Source: Asterias rubens (Eukaryota). Taken from it: a stretch of DNA of 64,000 nucleotides. Each line of letters begins with the position of its first letter. Position 1 is the first letter of the stretch. Below the pieces are notes generated by a model that was given only the letters and a program-made list of their open reading frames with translations, did no database searches and was not told the origin of the DNA. Position numbers and translations under genes: made by a program. Positions 1-10,097 of this stretch are shown here, piece by piece. The stretch covers positions 13,020,001 to 13,084,000 of the forward strand of contig NC_047076.1 in assembly GCF_902459465.1 (NCBI RefSeq), in the 5' to 3' direction.

Positions 1-99
1 GGGTATATAATTCAGATTCATGACATTGACATTGTTTCTTTTGTTTTGTTGTTGTTGTAGGTGGCCAGATGCTGTGGTAAACTGGAATAATACAGAGCC

Positions 100-240
100 A
101 ATCTTATAGACGATGTGACCTCTATTTACATTCAAACCGCCCTCTGTTGACAAAACACTGTCCAAGTCATGTTTCTCCGGGCAAAAAGACGCGTAGTCAT
201 GGTAAGATTGTGTGTACTTCCTAACTGGCTGCCAAAACCT
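100..240. repeat. Interspersed repeat copy
   Basis: Clearly similar to 36190-36330 (shared tatagacgatgtgacctct...tttacattcaaacc...ccaagtcatgttt...gggcaaaaaga...gtcatggtaa). Confidence 0.7.
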
Positions 241-859
241 TAGGGCTATTACAGGAAAGTACTCTGGAAATGAGGACGGTTTGTTCTGTAAACAAGTTCT
301 TGTCCGAACTGCAAGTACATACAAGTTCTTTTATCTTAAAGTGAAATACACACTACCTAAGCTGCTCGTATTTTGTTTGTAATTCACATCCTTCTATTTA
401 TAACCTTTGGTACTGTCATAGAGGCTAATTTTGTATACATCTTTTGTTACCCGCTACTTGGCTTTTTCGTCATCTTTGGAAGTTAAACTCCCTCATCTTT
501 GGAAGTTAAACTCCACCTTTGACGTCATGCTATTGTTCCCATGAATGGCGAGATGGCTACTTAGACCAATAGACCGTAGCCGCCAATTGGGACACGGGCT
601 TAAACTGGTCCTTGCTCTATATGCTTAAACCATCTTAAACGATACCACGCTAAGTTGCATAAGTTGCATAATGTACTCGTACGCGTCGTTCGTGGTGAAC
701 AAAATATCTCTCAAGCTTAGCCACGAATTGCGGAGTCATCCTGTTACTGAAAAACTTGTGAGTTTAAACATGCCATTGGTTTTAACTATCAAGACGTGAT
801 TACCCAGCTTGACACTATTTGAGTTGATAGCATCGACGTGACTGTTGAGGGAGGATTTT

Positions 860-896
860 CGATTGATTGGTGTTGTCATCTGAAAAAAGGGTAAGT
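860..896 (+). other. Putative 3' end and splice donor of non-coding exon 1 of GPCR-A
   Basis: AAGG|GTAAGT at 890/891. A matching acceptor (ttttttccttttcaag|) ends at 1746, 32 nt before the ATG. A similar tgttgtc..tgaaaa.ggg|gt motif lies upstream of GPCR-B (~4400-4420). Confidence 0.5.
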
Positions 897-1149
897 CTAT
901 TGCCATGGTATAATCATGGAGGTAGAAATATGCAGTCGCATTTTTCAGGACTATTTGGAGAGACGACGACTATCAGCTCAGTTATGATGTTTACATGGCT
1001 TGCTTTGCTGACCATATTCAGAATCAAATAATTGTTCCGCCATTTGTGGTTCAATCTACCTCCATTGTTCAATTGAGCATTACAGGAGTTTGCGTGAGAC
1101 TTTGGTGATCTCTCTGCTCCTGGTTTAGGAGGTGTCAGGACAATTCGTA

Positions 1150-1260
1150 CCCTGGACACTTCGAACCTTTGACCTTTGCAAGGTACGAAATTACTTTGGA
1201 CACTTCGTACCTTTTTACAAGATACTTCGTATCTTCTTATAGACACTTCGTATATCTTTC
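1150..1260. repeat. Degenerate short direct-repeat array (ga(c/t)acttcg(a/t)a), possibly a transposon subterminal region
   Basis: At least four gacacttcgaa/gacacttcgta/gatacttcgta units at irregular spacing. Confidence 0.5.
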
Positions 1261-1778
1261 TCCATGCTCGTACATACTCAATCGGAATCTCTGCATCGTT
1301 TTTTTTTTTTTTTGTGCTGATGTTTATGAAATAAAAGCAAATCAATCTAACTATTTTATTGGGACCAAGGAGCCATTTTGACGATTGCGTTATTGTTTGA
1401 CTTTAAAATAATTTGGGTTTAAATATGAGCGGAAGATGTTGTCCTTGGTGGACATTTACGTATTACAAAATAATAATTTCACATTAACATTCACAACAAA
1501 AATGACTCTAGAAATTACCAACTGTAGCAACTTTGATAACTAAATCCAACATTTGCAAACCTTATTGAAAAAACATGGAGATACCTCCGCTTTAATATTT
1601 AAAGTGATGAGATGTCCGTCGAAATAATGAAGTGAGTGTATTAAATTACTGAATTGAGAATTCATCAATTGGTGCAAAGACCAGCTTAAGTAGACCCACC
1701 ACATAATACTTTCACTTATTTTATTTTATTTTTTTTCCTTTTCAAGGAGTATTTCTCAACTGAGAACGTGAAAACAAA

Positions 1779-2894
1779 ATGGATACCAACGAGACAATGT
1801 ACAACCCTACGACTATTTCGTGGCTGCCAAATACAACTATGACAACAATGAGTATCGGTATACCGTTTATCCACAGCTATCATGTAAGAGTCGTTGTGGG
1901 TGTTTTGTTCCTACTGATCGCGGTCATCAACATTACCGGTAACAGCATGGTCATTCTTGCTGTCATCTTCAGCAAGAAACTCAGAACATCAACAAATGTC
2001 TTTGTGGTAAGCCTCAGCTCTGCAGACCTTTTGGCAGGACTTGCGTTGCCAATGAGTGCAGTTGCTTTACTCACCCCTGGCAACAGCTGGCCGGGGTCGA
2101 CGGAAACCCCTTGTTACATCGCAGGCGTGCTTCTGTTCACCAGTTCCACTGCCAGTCTTTTCAACCTCGCTTCCATCGCTCTAAACCGGTTGACTCTTAT
2201 CAAGAGCCCAATGAAATGGTACCGTATTCTGTACACCAAATGCAACCTCGTTATCAATGTCGTATTCAATTGGATTGCCGCCATTGTCATCATGACAGTC
2301 CCTCCACTTTTCGGCATTGGTGACTATGGCTACGACAAGCAGCAGCACACGTGTACTGACCTGGACAACCACCCGAAGGCCAAGACGTTTAAACAGATTC
2401 AAACTTTCGGCTCCTACCCCATCCCATTTATCATCATCATCACCAGCTATATCATCATCTTCGTTCACGTCCGTCGCCACTTCAAGAAGCAGATGTATAA
2501 CGATGGCAACATCACGATCCCAGTCTCCTCCAGTTCCGGGAGCATCGACAACTTTCAGACATCAGACAACGCTGCCGTATTGCGTGCCTCCCGCCGGGAT
2601 CGGATCAGCCGACAACAACTCGAAATCACCAAAAATCTCTTTATGACAGTGTGTGCTTTCTTCATCTGCATAACTCCATACTGCATGGCTCTCTTTATTC
2701 CGAACAACGACCATTTCCTGTTGTTTGGAGGTGCGGTCTTCCTCATTAATAGCTGCGTCAACCCAATTATTTACGCAGCAAAGCACCCTCAGTTTAAAAA
2801 GGTTCTGCGTCTGATGCTACGATGCAAATACTCAGAGATAGAAGAGCCGTCGGATACCATAAAACACTTGAAAGCTTGCTGTTGCAAGTCATAA
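1779..2894 (+). CDS. Class A (rhodopsin-family) GPCR, paralogue A, 371 aa, intronless CDS; Moody/Tre1/melatonin-receptor-like NRx type
   Basis: Seven hydrophobic segments; TM1 GNxxV, TM2 SLSSADL, TM3 IALNRL, ECL2 Cys, TM6 CITPY, TM7 NSCVNPIIY; N-terminal N-glycosylation sequons; C-terminal Cys cluster. Confidence 0.95.
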   Translation: MDTNETMYNPTTISWLPNTTMTTMSIGIPFIHSYHVRVVVGVLFLLIAVINITGNSMVILAVIFSKKLRTSTNVFVVSLSSADLLAGLALPMSAVALLTPGNSWPGSTETPCYIAGVLLFTSSTASLFNLASIALNRLTLIKSPMKWYRILYTKCNLVINVVFNWIAAIVIMTVPPLFGIGDYGYDKQQHTCTDLDNHPKAKTFKQIQTFGSYPIPFIIIITSYIIIFVHVRRHFKKQMYNDGNITIPVSSSSGSIDNFQTSDNAAVLRASRRDRISRQQLEITKNLFMTVCAFFICITPYCMALFIPNNDHFLLFGGAVFLINSCVNPIIYAAKHPQFKKVLRLMLRCKYSEIEEPSDTIKHLKACCCKS

Positions 2895-4288
2895 GTCGGA
2901 GAACAATGCTCAGAAGCTGGAACTTTTTGTTGCTTATTTATTATTTAAAGTAATCACAATGAGGTCGGGTGAAAAAATAGTCTGGTACCGCTTCAATGAT
3001 GAAACATAGTTGTATCCATAGCTGGTTTGGGGGATCAGTCCAAAATATAGTTAGGCTTGAATATATTTTTGATAATTATATATTTTTTTCGTTGTAATGT
3101 ATTGTACGTTTATGTTAGTTGTCATACTTTAAATCCATAGCTTGGGTTCAAATCCGTTATGTGTACATACGAAACAGCGCATAACGATAACACTACAAAC
3201 AAGGAAATACCTTAGGCCTAATATCAAACTTATTTGTACAATTTCCCCCGAATTTCAACGTTTTCATAAAATGGTGACAGTGCGTTCATTTTTGACTGTC
3301 CTAACAAACCCTATACTGTCACCTCATTCTGGGTATAACTTTGCTATTCATACTTCTTATCTGTCTGCCTTTTGTAAAATCTAGATGTACCCATGGTGCT
3401 CTTTATTATACCTTTCCTCTTGATGGTTTCAGTTAAATGTTTATAAAGGTTTTTAGGGCTTTATCATGTTTGTATTTTTGTGTGAATTGTCAAATAAAAA
3501 AACCACAATAAACTATTTTAAACAAAAATTTGTGAGTCACTGCTCATAGTCTCTCCAATTTATATTGGTATCACCATTTCATATAATGCGCTATATAAAT
3601 GGAAATTATTATTATTATTATTATTTGATTTCACAATGGATGAAACGTACTGCATATCGTATGCTCAGTATACTCCCTTTTGGTTCATAGCCACCAAGTG
3701 TTTCTAGAAAAGAAACTTTGAAAAGATATAAATGTCCCACTTCTTCTAGATCCCTTCCCTATAATCCTTTGCCCCTCTTTTTACTGGATATGTTGTTTGA
3801 ACCTGGTTATGCCTCTGAAGAAGGTCCGGTTTTAATCGAAAGCGGAGGCCGTCCATAAAGGAATAAGTATATATTCCTCCATGGGCCATCTACCCTGCTC
3901 ATTTTATTCACAATGTCGTACACCGAGTTGGGTTTTTAATGTTAACTTTAAAACCGTTTATTTCCTTATACGTCTATAAAAAGTACTTGGCAAACAACTC
4001 TTCAAACATTCCAACTTAACAAAACTTCAAGGTTTTTTACCAAAGTACCCTGGAAAACAAGGTTTGTCCAAATAAACAAGTTCAAACTGGGTTTCGATTC
4101 TTTTATTAGAGTACATGTATACATTATACGCCTATATGATTCTTTAGTGACTCGCATTCCTTCTATACAGTATTATTATTCTCACCTTTCGAAATGTTCT
4201 CCAGGCTTATTTGCATAAATTTTGTTACCACCGAGCCTTTTGGTAGTTTTTCAAAGCAAAACCGTGGGACATGCTAAATGATTTTGAA

Positions 4289-4935
4289 CCTGCTAGTGAC
4301 GTTGACTGTATAATACGCGAACGATCGGCAACGGTAAATCTGAGGAAATGTTGTTGTGATTTGGTGCGGGCCACAAACGTGGTATAAAATAATTAGCTGT
4401 GGTGTTGTCTGAAAAGGGGTTAGCTGTTTTTATGTTATGCGGTCATAACTTCTGTTTTTAGAAAGAGAAAGTCAGCTTAATTAGTTCTGGGCATGGAGGA
4501 CCTAGGGCTTCCGATCCATACGTTCTTCTTCTAAATTTGAATCTGAACTATGCAGTCGGCAAAGCGTCTAAATGGAATCATGGCTGCCAAACCTTGGGAA
4601 ATACTGAATGTCACCTGCCAGTGACGTTGATTGTATCAATACGCGAACAATCGACAGCCAGAAGACTGATTTCATGTATTTGAGTAAAACTTACTATTGC
4701 ACTCAACGTTAATGCCGAGGCAATGTTGCTTCGATGTTGTTGACTTCAAACGTTGTGTAAAAGTTGAGCTGTGGTGTGGTTTGACAAAGGCAAGGTGTTT
4801 TTGTAGGCAATGCAGTCCTGGACTGTTTCGAAAGATCGAAAGAGAACAACCAGCTTAGGATGTTGGGCATGGGTGACCTAGAGCTTACATTCCAAAATTT
4901 TCTTCTGAACTTGAATTGGAATTATGTAGTAGGCA
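4289..4935 (+). repeat. Old degenerate tandem duplication (~325-370 bp units) upstream of GPCR-B, containing a TATA-like box and donor-like sites
   Basis: cctgctagtgacgttgactgtataatacgcgaac (4289) vs cctgccagtgacgttgattgtatcaatacgcgaac (~4613); both units end in atg(c/t)agt(c/a)ggcaaagc. Confidence 0.7.
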
Positions 4936-5149
4936 AAGCATTTCATTTCATTTCAAAATGTTATATTAAATAGAACATGAATCGCAGCCAAAAGCTGAAT
5001 TACTCATGGTTTACAATTAAAACAGCGACAAAGAAAAAAGAGAAGAAAAAAAATTAATTTGCATTAGCACCGTATTGAATCTTCACACAAACTTTTTGTA
5101 AAGAAGACAAGGAAGAAGTTTCCGTTTTAGACGTGGGAGAACACAAATC

Positions 5150-5245
5150 CTATTCATAAGGAAAACCCAAGGAGCCAGGTAGGGACCGAAAACCCCAAAT
5201 CAAGATCCAAGACTCCGGTTCGGGAATCGAACCGGGGTTCAGTGG
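5150..5245 (-). mobile_element. tRNA-derived SINE fragment (also in the duplicated copies at ~14140-14235 and ~16600-16700)
   Basis: Minus-strand Pol III B box GGTTCGATTCC; no tRNA cloverleaf. Confidence 0.5.
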
Positions 5246-5631
5246 GCATGCATAAACTATGGGGAAACTGAGTTTTGCTTAATGGTAAAACGACCTCAGC
5301 TCAAATACACCAGCTGTGGTAGGGATACCAACTTTGGTAAGAAAGCCCACACATACCATTCCCTTTTCGAATAAAACCCATATTGTTTCCATTTTTATAA
5401 CTATAATAAAAACTAAAAAGTTGTTAATTTCAGACATGACCGTTTTTAGCGTGACATAAAGTCTTGTGTTTCACTTTGTGCCTCTCGGATTAAACTATAC
5501 TTGACACATCTCGTAGTTGAAATACAAGAAACAACAAGTATTTGTACTACAAAATTCTCCACATAACTTCCTTACAATTTTTTATTTTTCAAGGAGTTTT
5601 CTCAACTGAGAACAATGACTGTGAACACAAA

Positions 5632-6768
5632 ATGGATATCAACGAGACAACTTCAAACTCTACGACTGTTTCATGGCTGCCGAACACAACAATGACTACA
5701 ACGAGTATCTCGGCTGTCCATAGCTATCCTGTAAGAGTCGTCTTGGGTGTTTGCTTCATCCTGATATCGGTCACTAGCATTACTGGTAATAGCATGGTCA
5801 TTCTTGCTGTCATATTCAGCAAGAAACTCCGAACATCAACTAATGTCTTCGTGGTAAGCCTCAGCTCTGCAGACCTTATGACAGGCCTGGCAATGCCAAT
5901 GAGTGCAGTTGCGCTGATCTCCCCTGGTAATAGCTGGCCGTGGTCGACGGAAGCTCCTTGTTACAACGCAGGCTTGCTTCTATACACAAGTGCCTGTGCC
6001 AGTCTCTACAACCTCGCTTCCATCGCTCTCAATAGGTTGATTCTTATCAAGAGTCCTATGAAATGGTACCGTATTCTGTACACCAAATGCAACCTCGTTA
6101 TTAATGTCGTGATCATATGGATTGTAGCATTTGCTATTCTGATAGTCCCTCCTCTTTGCGGCATTGGTGACTATGGCTACGGTAAGAAGCAGCACACGTG
6201 CTCAAACCTGGAGACCCACCCGAAGGCCAAAATGTTTGAAAGGATTCAACTCTTCGCCGGTTACCCCCTCCCATTAATCATCATCATAACCAGCTATGTC
6301 ATGATATTCTATCACGTCCGTCGCCACTTCAAGAAGCAGATGGATGCGGCAACTGACACTAAGCACGAGTCTCTCGGCTCCGGGGACAACCCGACCTTCC
6401 AGAGGTCCGGGGACAACCCGACCTTCCAGAGGTCAGACAGCACTGTCGTCATATGTGCCGAACGCCGGGATCGGCTCAATCGACAACAACTCGAGATCAC
6501 CAAAAATCTCTTCATTACAGTCTGTGCTTTCTTCATCTGTATAACCCCTTACGCAGTGGCCCTTTACTTCCCGAACAACGAGAGTTTCCTGGTGATCGGT
6601 GGTGTGGTATTCCTCAGCAACAGCTTCCTCAACCCAATAATATACGCAGCAAAACACCCGCAGTTTAAGAGGGTTCTGCGTCTGATCCTGCGATGTAAAT
6701 ACTCAGAGATAGAAGAGCCGTCGGATACCATCAAATACTTGACAGCCAAATGCTGTTGCAAATCATAA
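5632..6768 (+). CDS. Class A GPCR, paralogue B copy 1, 378 aa
   Basis: Same 7TM motifs as A. The likely start is ATG 5632, homologous to the A and C starts. The ORF-track TTG start at 5542 lies upstream of a splice acceptor ending at 5593. Confidence 0.95.
   Translation: MDINETTSNSTTVSWLPNTTMTTTSISAVHSYPVRVVLGVCFILISVTSITGNSMVILAVIFSKKLRTSTNVFVVSLSSADLMTGLAMPMSAVALISPGNSWPWSTEAPCYNAGLLLYTSACASLYNLASIALNRLILIKSPMKWYRILYTKCNLVINVVIIWIVAFAILIVPPLCGIGDYGYGKKQHTCSNLETHPKAKMFERIQLFAGYPLPLIIIITSYVMIFYHVRRHFKKQMDAATDTKHESLGSGDNPTFQRSGDNPTFQRSDSTVVICAERRDRLNRQQLEITKNLFITVCAFFICITPYAVALYFPNNESFLVIGGVVFLSNSFLNPIIYAAKHPQFKRVLRLILRCKYSEIEEPSDTIKYLTAKCCCKS
6379..6434 (+). repeat. In-frame 27-bp tandem duplication (SGDNPTFQR x2) in ICL3 of GPCR-B
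   Basis: tccggggacaacccgaccttccagagg twice; also at 17835-17890. Confidence 0.95.
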
Positions 6769-7329
6769 ATAATTGAGAGGTCAGGATAAACAGAAGCTGG
6801 AATTTTTTGTTTGCTTTGTTATTATTGAAAATAATCACAATGAGGTTACTAGATGAAACATTGGTCTGTACCGCTTAAAAAGCTGGTACCCTGGTTTGGG
6901 GAATCAGTCCAAAAACGAGCAAGGCCAGTTTTGTACGTTTGTGTATAAGTTTTCATACTTTATATCCATAGCTCAGTTCGAGTTCAAAGCATTTGTTTAT
7001 AAAATAGTGCCTAACAATATTACTATATAGGAGAAATACTGATCAAAGTTATTGGTACAATTTTGCCCGGTTTTAAACGTATTCATGAACAGCATGCTTA
7101 ACCAAGATGGCAGTACATGTTATATTAATGTTTCGTTTAAAGGTGTGAGGTTTGTTATTATGTAATAACTATTTTATATTAAATACAATTTATCGGAAAC
7201 AACCGAATGCTTCTGTGCTTAATCAAGGGTACCGCATTCAACTATTTCTGTGACGTCACTCTATTGATGAAAGTGTAGATTATTTTTAAGAATCTACACT
7301 TAACTGTAAATTTGTAATGAATGCATACA

Positions 7330-8106
7330 CTCAATGGGAGACTTTTTGAAAGCTCTGCCACTAGAGGGCAGCAGACCTACCAGGTAAGGGTGCACAACTC
7401 GTACAGTAAACAATGGTAAATGCTAAAAATTCAAAAATACTCAAAAAATATTTAGAAGTCTCTCAGCCTCTTGAAAATTAAATCAGATACATTGTCATAC
7501 AACTAAACTTAAGATTTCTTCTCAATTTTTGGTAGGTCAGCATTTTGGAATTTTTGCTAATTACCCGAGAAGAAACACTCCCAAAAACTCATGCACACCG
7601 CTTGTTATCGTTGGGGAACTCGTGTCCAGTACGTCCTGTTCCAGAACAGTTTGGTTTATGCTGGCAATGTGTTATGAACAACAAAATACAGTTTGGCTAA
7701 ATCTAAAATACAAAATCAAAGACACGCAAAACACAAAGTATTTGCTGTCAGTGACCGTCACTCATGCTTCTCCTATTCCTAAAGTTGTTGACATTACCTG
7801 GTGAAGAGCGCCCTCTCTTGGTGATTGGCAGATAGTCAAAAGTTACGAAATAAGGCATGAAAATAATCTCACTTTTCGAGTGAGAAATTTGTTTGCATGT
7901 AAAAACGTAAGTTATGGTATGTTGTTTACATGCTAAAACTTAGAATAAAATTATTTCTGTAACATTGTTTTACTCATTTCTCAAAAATTACAGCACCTCA
8001 GCAGGTAATATTTTAGGGGAAGCTTTCTACTGTAATTATCTTCAATCTGTTTAAGTTTAATGTAAATCCGTGGACATTGTGTGAAAAATGTACCCAGACC
8101 CTTTAA
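7330..8106 (-). mobile_element. Non-autonomous DNA-transposon-like element with TTAA-AGG terminus (Kolobok/T2-like); duplicated at ~18786-19562
   Basis: Right end gtacccagaccctTTAA; no coding capacity; left end not clearly defined. Confidence 0.45.
7356..7373 (+). promoter_or_regulatory. CTCF-like motif (duplicated at 18812-18829)
   Basis: tgccactagagggcagca matches the CCASYAGRKGGCRS core. Confidence 0.45.
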
Positions 8107-8270
8107 TGGGTTGTTCTATTTTGTTATAATTCTTTAACATTGGTAACAACTGACACACCCCTTCTTGTGTACAAGCACTTTTGTCAGACAAACCAGTGTT
8201 GTCCTTTCTACTGTACTTAGTCCAGTTTGTTTTTCAACTTCTTCTGCCTGCCCTTCTATAACAATTTAGC

Positions 8271-8612
8271 TCATACCAATTAGTAAACACAACGGAAACT
8301 GTATTTATTCATAATTAATGATGATATTGTCGAAAACTAACGCCTTCGCATTTAATTAGATGAGCATTGAGCCAGATAAAAGCCTTGAAAAGCTATTGTG
8401 TCCATTTTATCCTTACAAAAAATATTCGAGAGCCGATTATTGTTCCCAATGGGAGCTTGTACTTTTATACAAACATTACCGAAAGGGTAAAAAATTGTGC
8501 ATAAATATTAAACTATCTTTTAAAAATTGAACTACGATTCCAGTTGTTTACTGCAAGAATCTTGAAAAATTGGTTTTCAGAAACTCGGGCGGTGCAGTGA
8601 CTAGAGGGTTAA
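8271..8612 (-). mobile_element. piggyBac-like terminal fragment, present only in duplication copy 1
   Basis: Minus strand begins TTAA-CCCTCTAGTCACTG. The matching empty site in copy 2 is a TTAA at 19858-19861. Confidence 0.6.
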
Positions 8613-8696
8613 ACTATAATGATATCATAATATTATAAGCAATTATCTTTCTCAAAAATAGTTAGTAATGGGATTGTATTGTATTGTATTGTATAT

Positions 8697-8856
8697 TGGG
8701 TGCGTTCGTTTAGCTCCCCTGGGTCTACCCCGGTGTGTGGCGGGGTTTTTTTTTCTTTCTAGGACGAACGTGGGTAATTATCTGCACACGTTCGTCCTGG
8801 GAAAAAAAAACTCCACACACCGGGGTCGACCCAGGGAAGCTAAACGAACGCACCCA
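8697..8856. mobile_element. 160-bp near-perfect palindromic MITE, present only in duplication copy 1
   Basis: tgggtgcgttcgtttagctcccctgggtctacccc...ggggtcgacccagggaagctaaacgaacgcaccca; absent at ~19960; related element at 29791-30020. Confidence 0.85.
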
Positions 8857-10097
8857 TTTTTGTGTCATGTTTTATTCCAAACTGGAACATACCCCCATAA
8901 CCCTGGGGAGGGTAACAATATTATAACAATAATGTAGCATCATGTAGCCTAGCCTTGCGATATTTCAAATAGACAAAAAAAAAGGAATCGTACAGTTTTG
9001 AAAGTGTATTTTCTTTTGGATCGAATTCCACTTCAAAATAGTGTAATTCTTGTGATGACAATTTGCTCACATGGTCATCCGTTCATTTTGTATAATTTGA
9101 AAGACTTGCTATAATTATGTTCTTACTGTTGTATTCAGTCATAGACTCTTACATCCTAGCTCACATGACATTGGTCGCACCCTTTTTCTATTGTACACAT
9201 ACAAATACCCGGGAAAACAAGTTTCGATAATAGTGCAATTGTAATAATTGCAATTTCGATAATAGCGGCACGATCTTTGATATTGCTCGTCTTTATTATA
9301 AAAGTTTATACTAATTGAACAATTATTGTTTTGAAATAAGGAAATAAGGACCCTTTATTTTTCTGTGGTTTCATTGGCTATATATCCTTTACCTATACGT
9401 CATACTTTCGTTCTACATGTAATTGTACTTATTGGTACTTATTGGTAATAAACCAGACAAACTTCCGGGAAACTTGCCCGTGATCTTGGCCGTCTGTATT
9501 TAAGCAGCCGCGATTAAGCGACTGACTTCATACCATAGATTGACCAACAACTTCAAGCAATCCAGATACATGTATCCTGATATTGCTGTTCGTTTGTTGA
9601 AACATTCAGTTCTAGAAAGTTGGTTTAAAGTTAAGCGGTTCTGTCTGGACAATAAAGGTTAGTTGTTTAATTAATTAATTCAGAATTTTATGTTTGTTTT
9701 TTATTTCAAAAGAGCCTATTTGAATCAATGTGTTGTCCCTTTTCGTTAACTGTTTCCGAACTGTCTGATGGGTAATTCAAGTCAGAAGTCCAGCTATTAA
9801 ATACCGAGTTTGGCACGGTCCAACTTTGGTTATCAAAGCTCACACTGTTCCTTAATATAACACCCAGGGTAGCCTTTGTTTATATAATTATATGGATAAA
9901 ATATGGACGTACCGGGATACAGTTTTTAGTTTTTTGTTTTTCGAATAACAGACTGAGTTCAAACATATCGAGGTTGAAAGAAACCTAATTACAGAGAACA
10001 TTAAATTTTTAGTTTTAACATTTAGTTTTTTTACTTTGTCACTTTGCAGATTTATAAGTGGTTTTTCTCATAAGCACAAGGATACCAAACTAAACTC

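Noticed and set aside
914-1345. 143-aa minus-strand ORF
   Set aside because: It runs through a poly-T tract and short repeats, has no recognisable domain, and lies in the presumed GPCR-A 5'UTR intron.
5542-5631. 30-aa N-terminal extension of GPCR-B (also 14537 and 16998)
   Set aside because: It starts at TTG and crosses a polypyrimidine tract and splice acceptor; the ATG at 5632 aligns with the A and C starts.
7271-7301. Hairpin containing AAGTGTAGAT, resembling a Cas12a direct repeat
   Set aside because: It is a single 11-bp stem in a eukaryotic context with no spacers or cas genes, so the match is coincidental.
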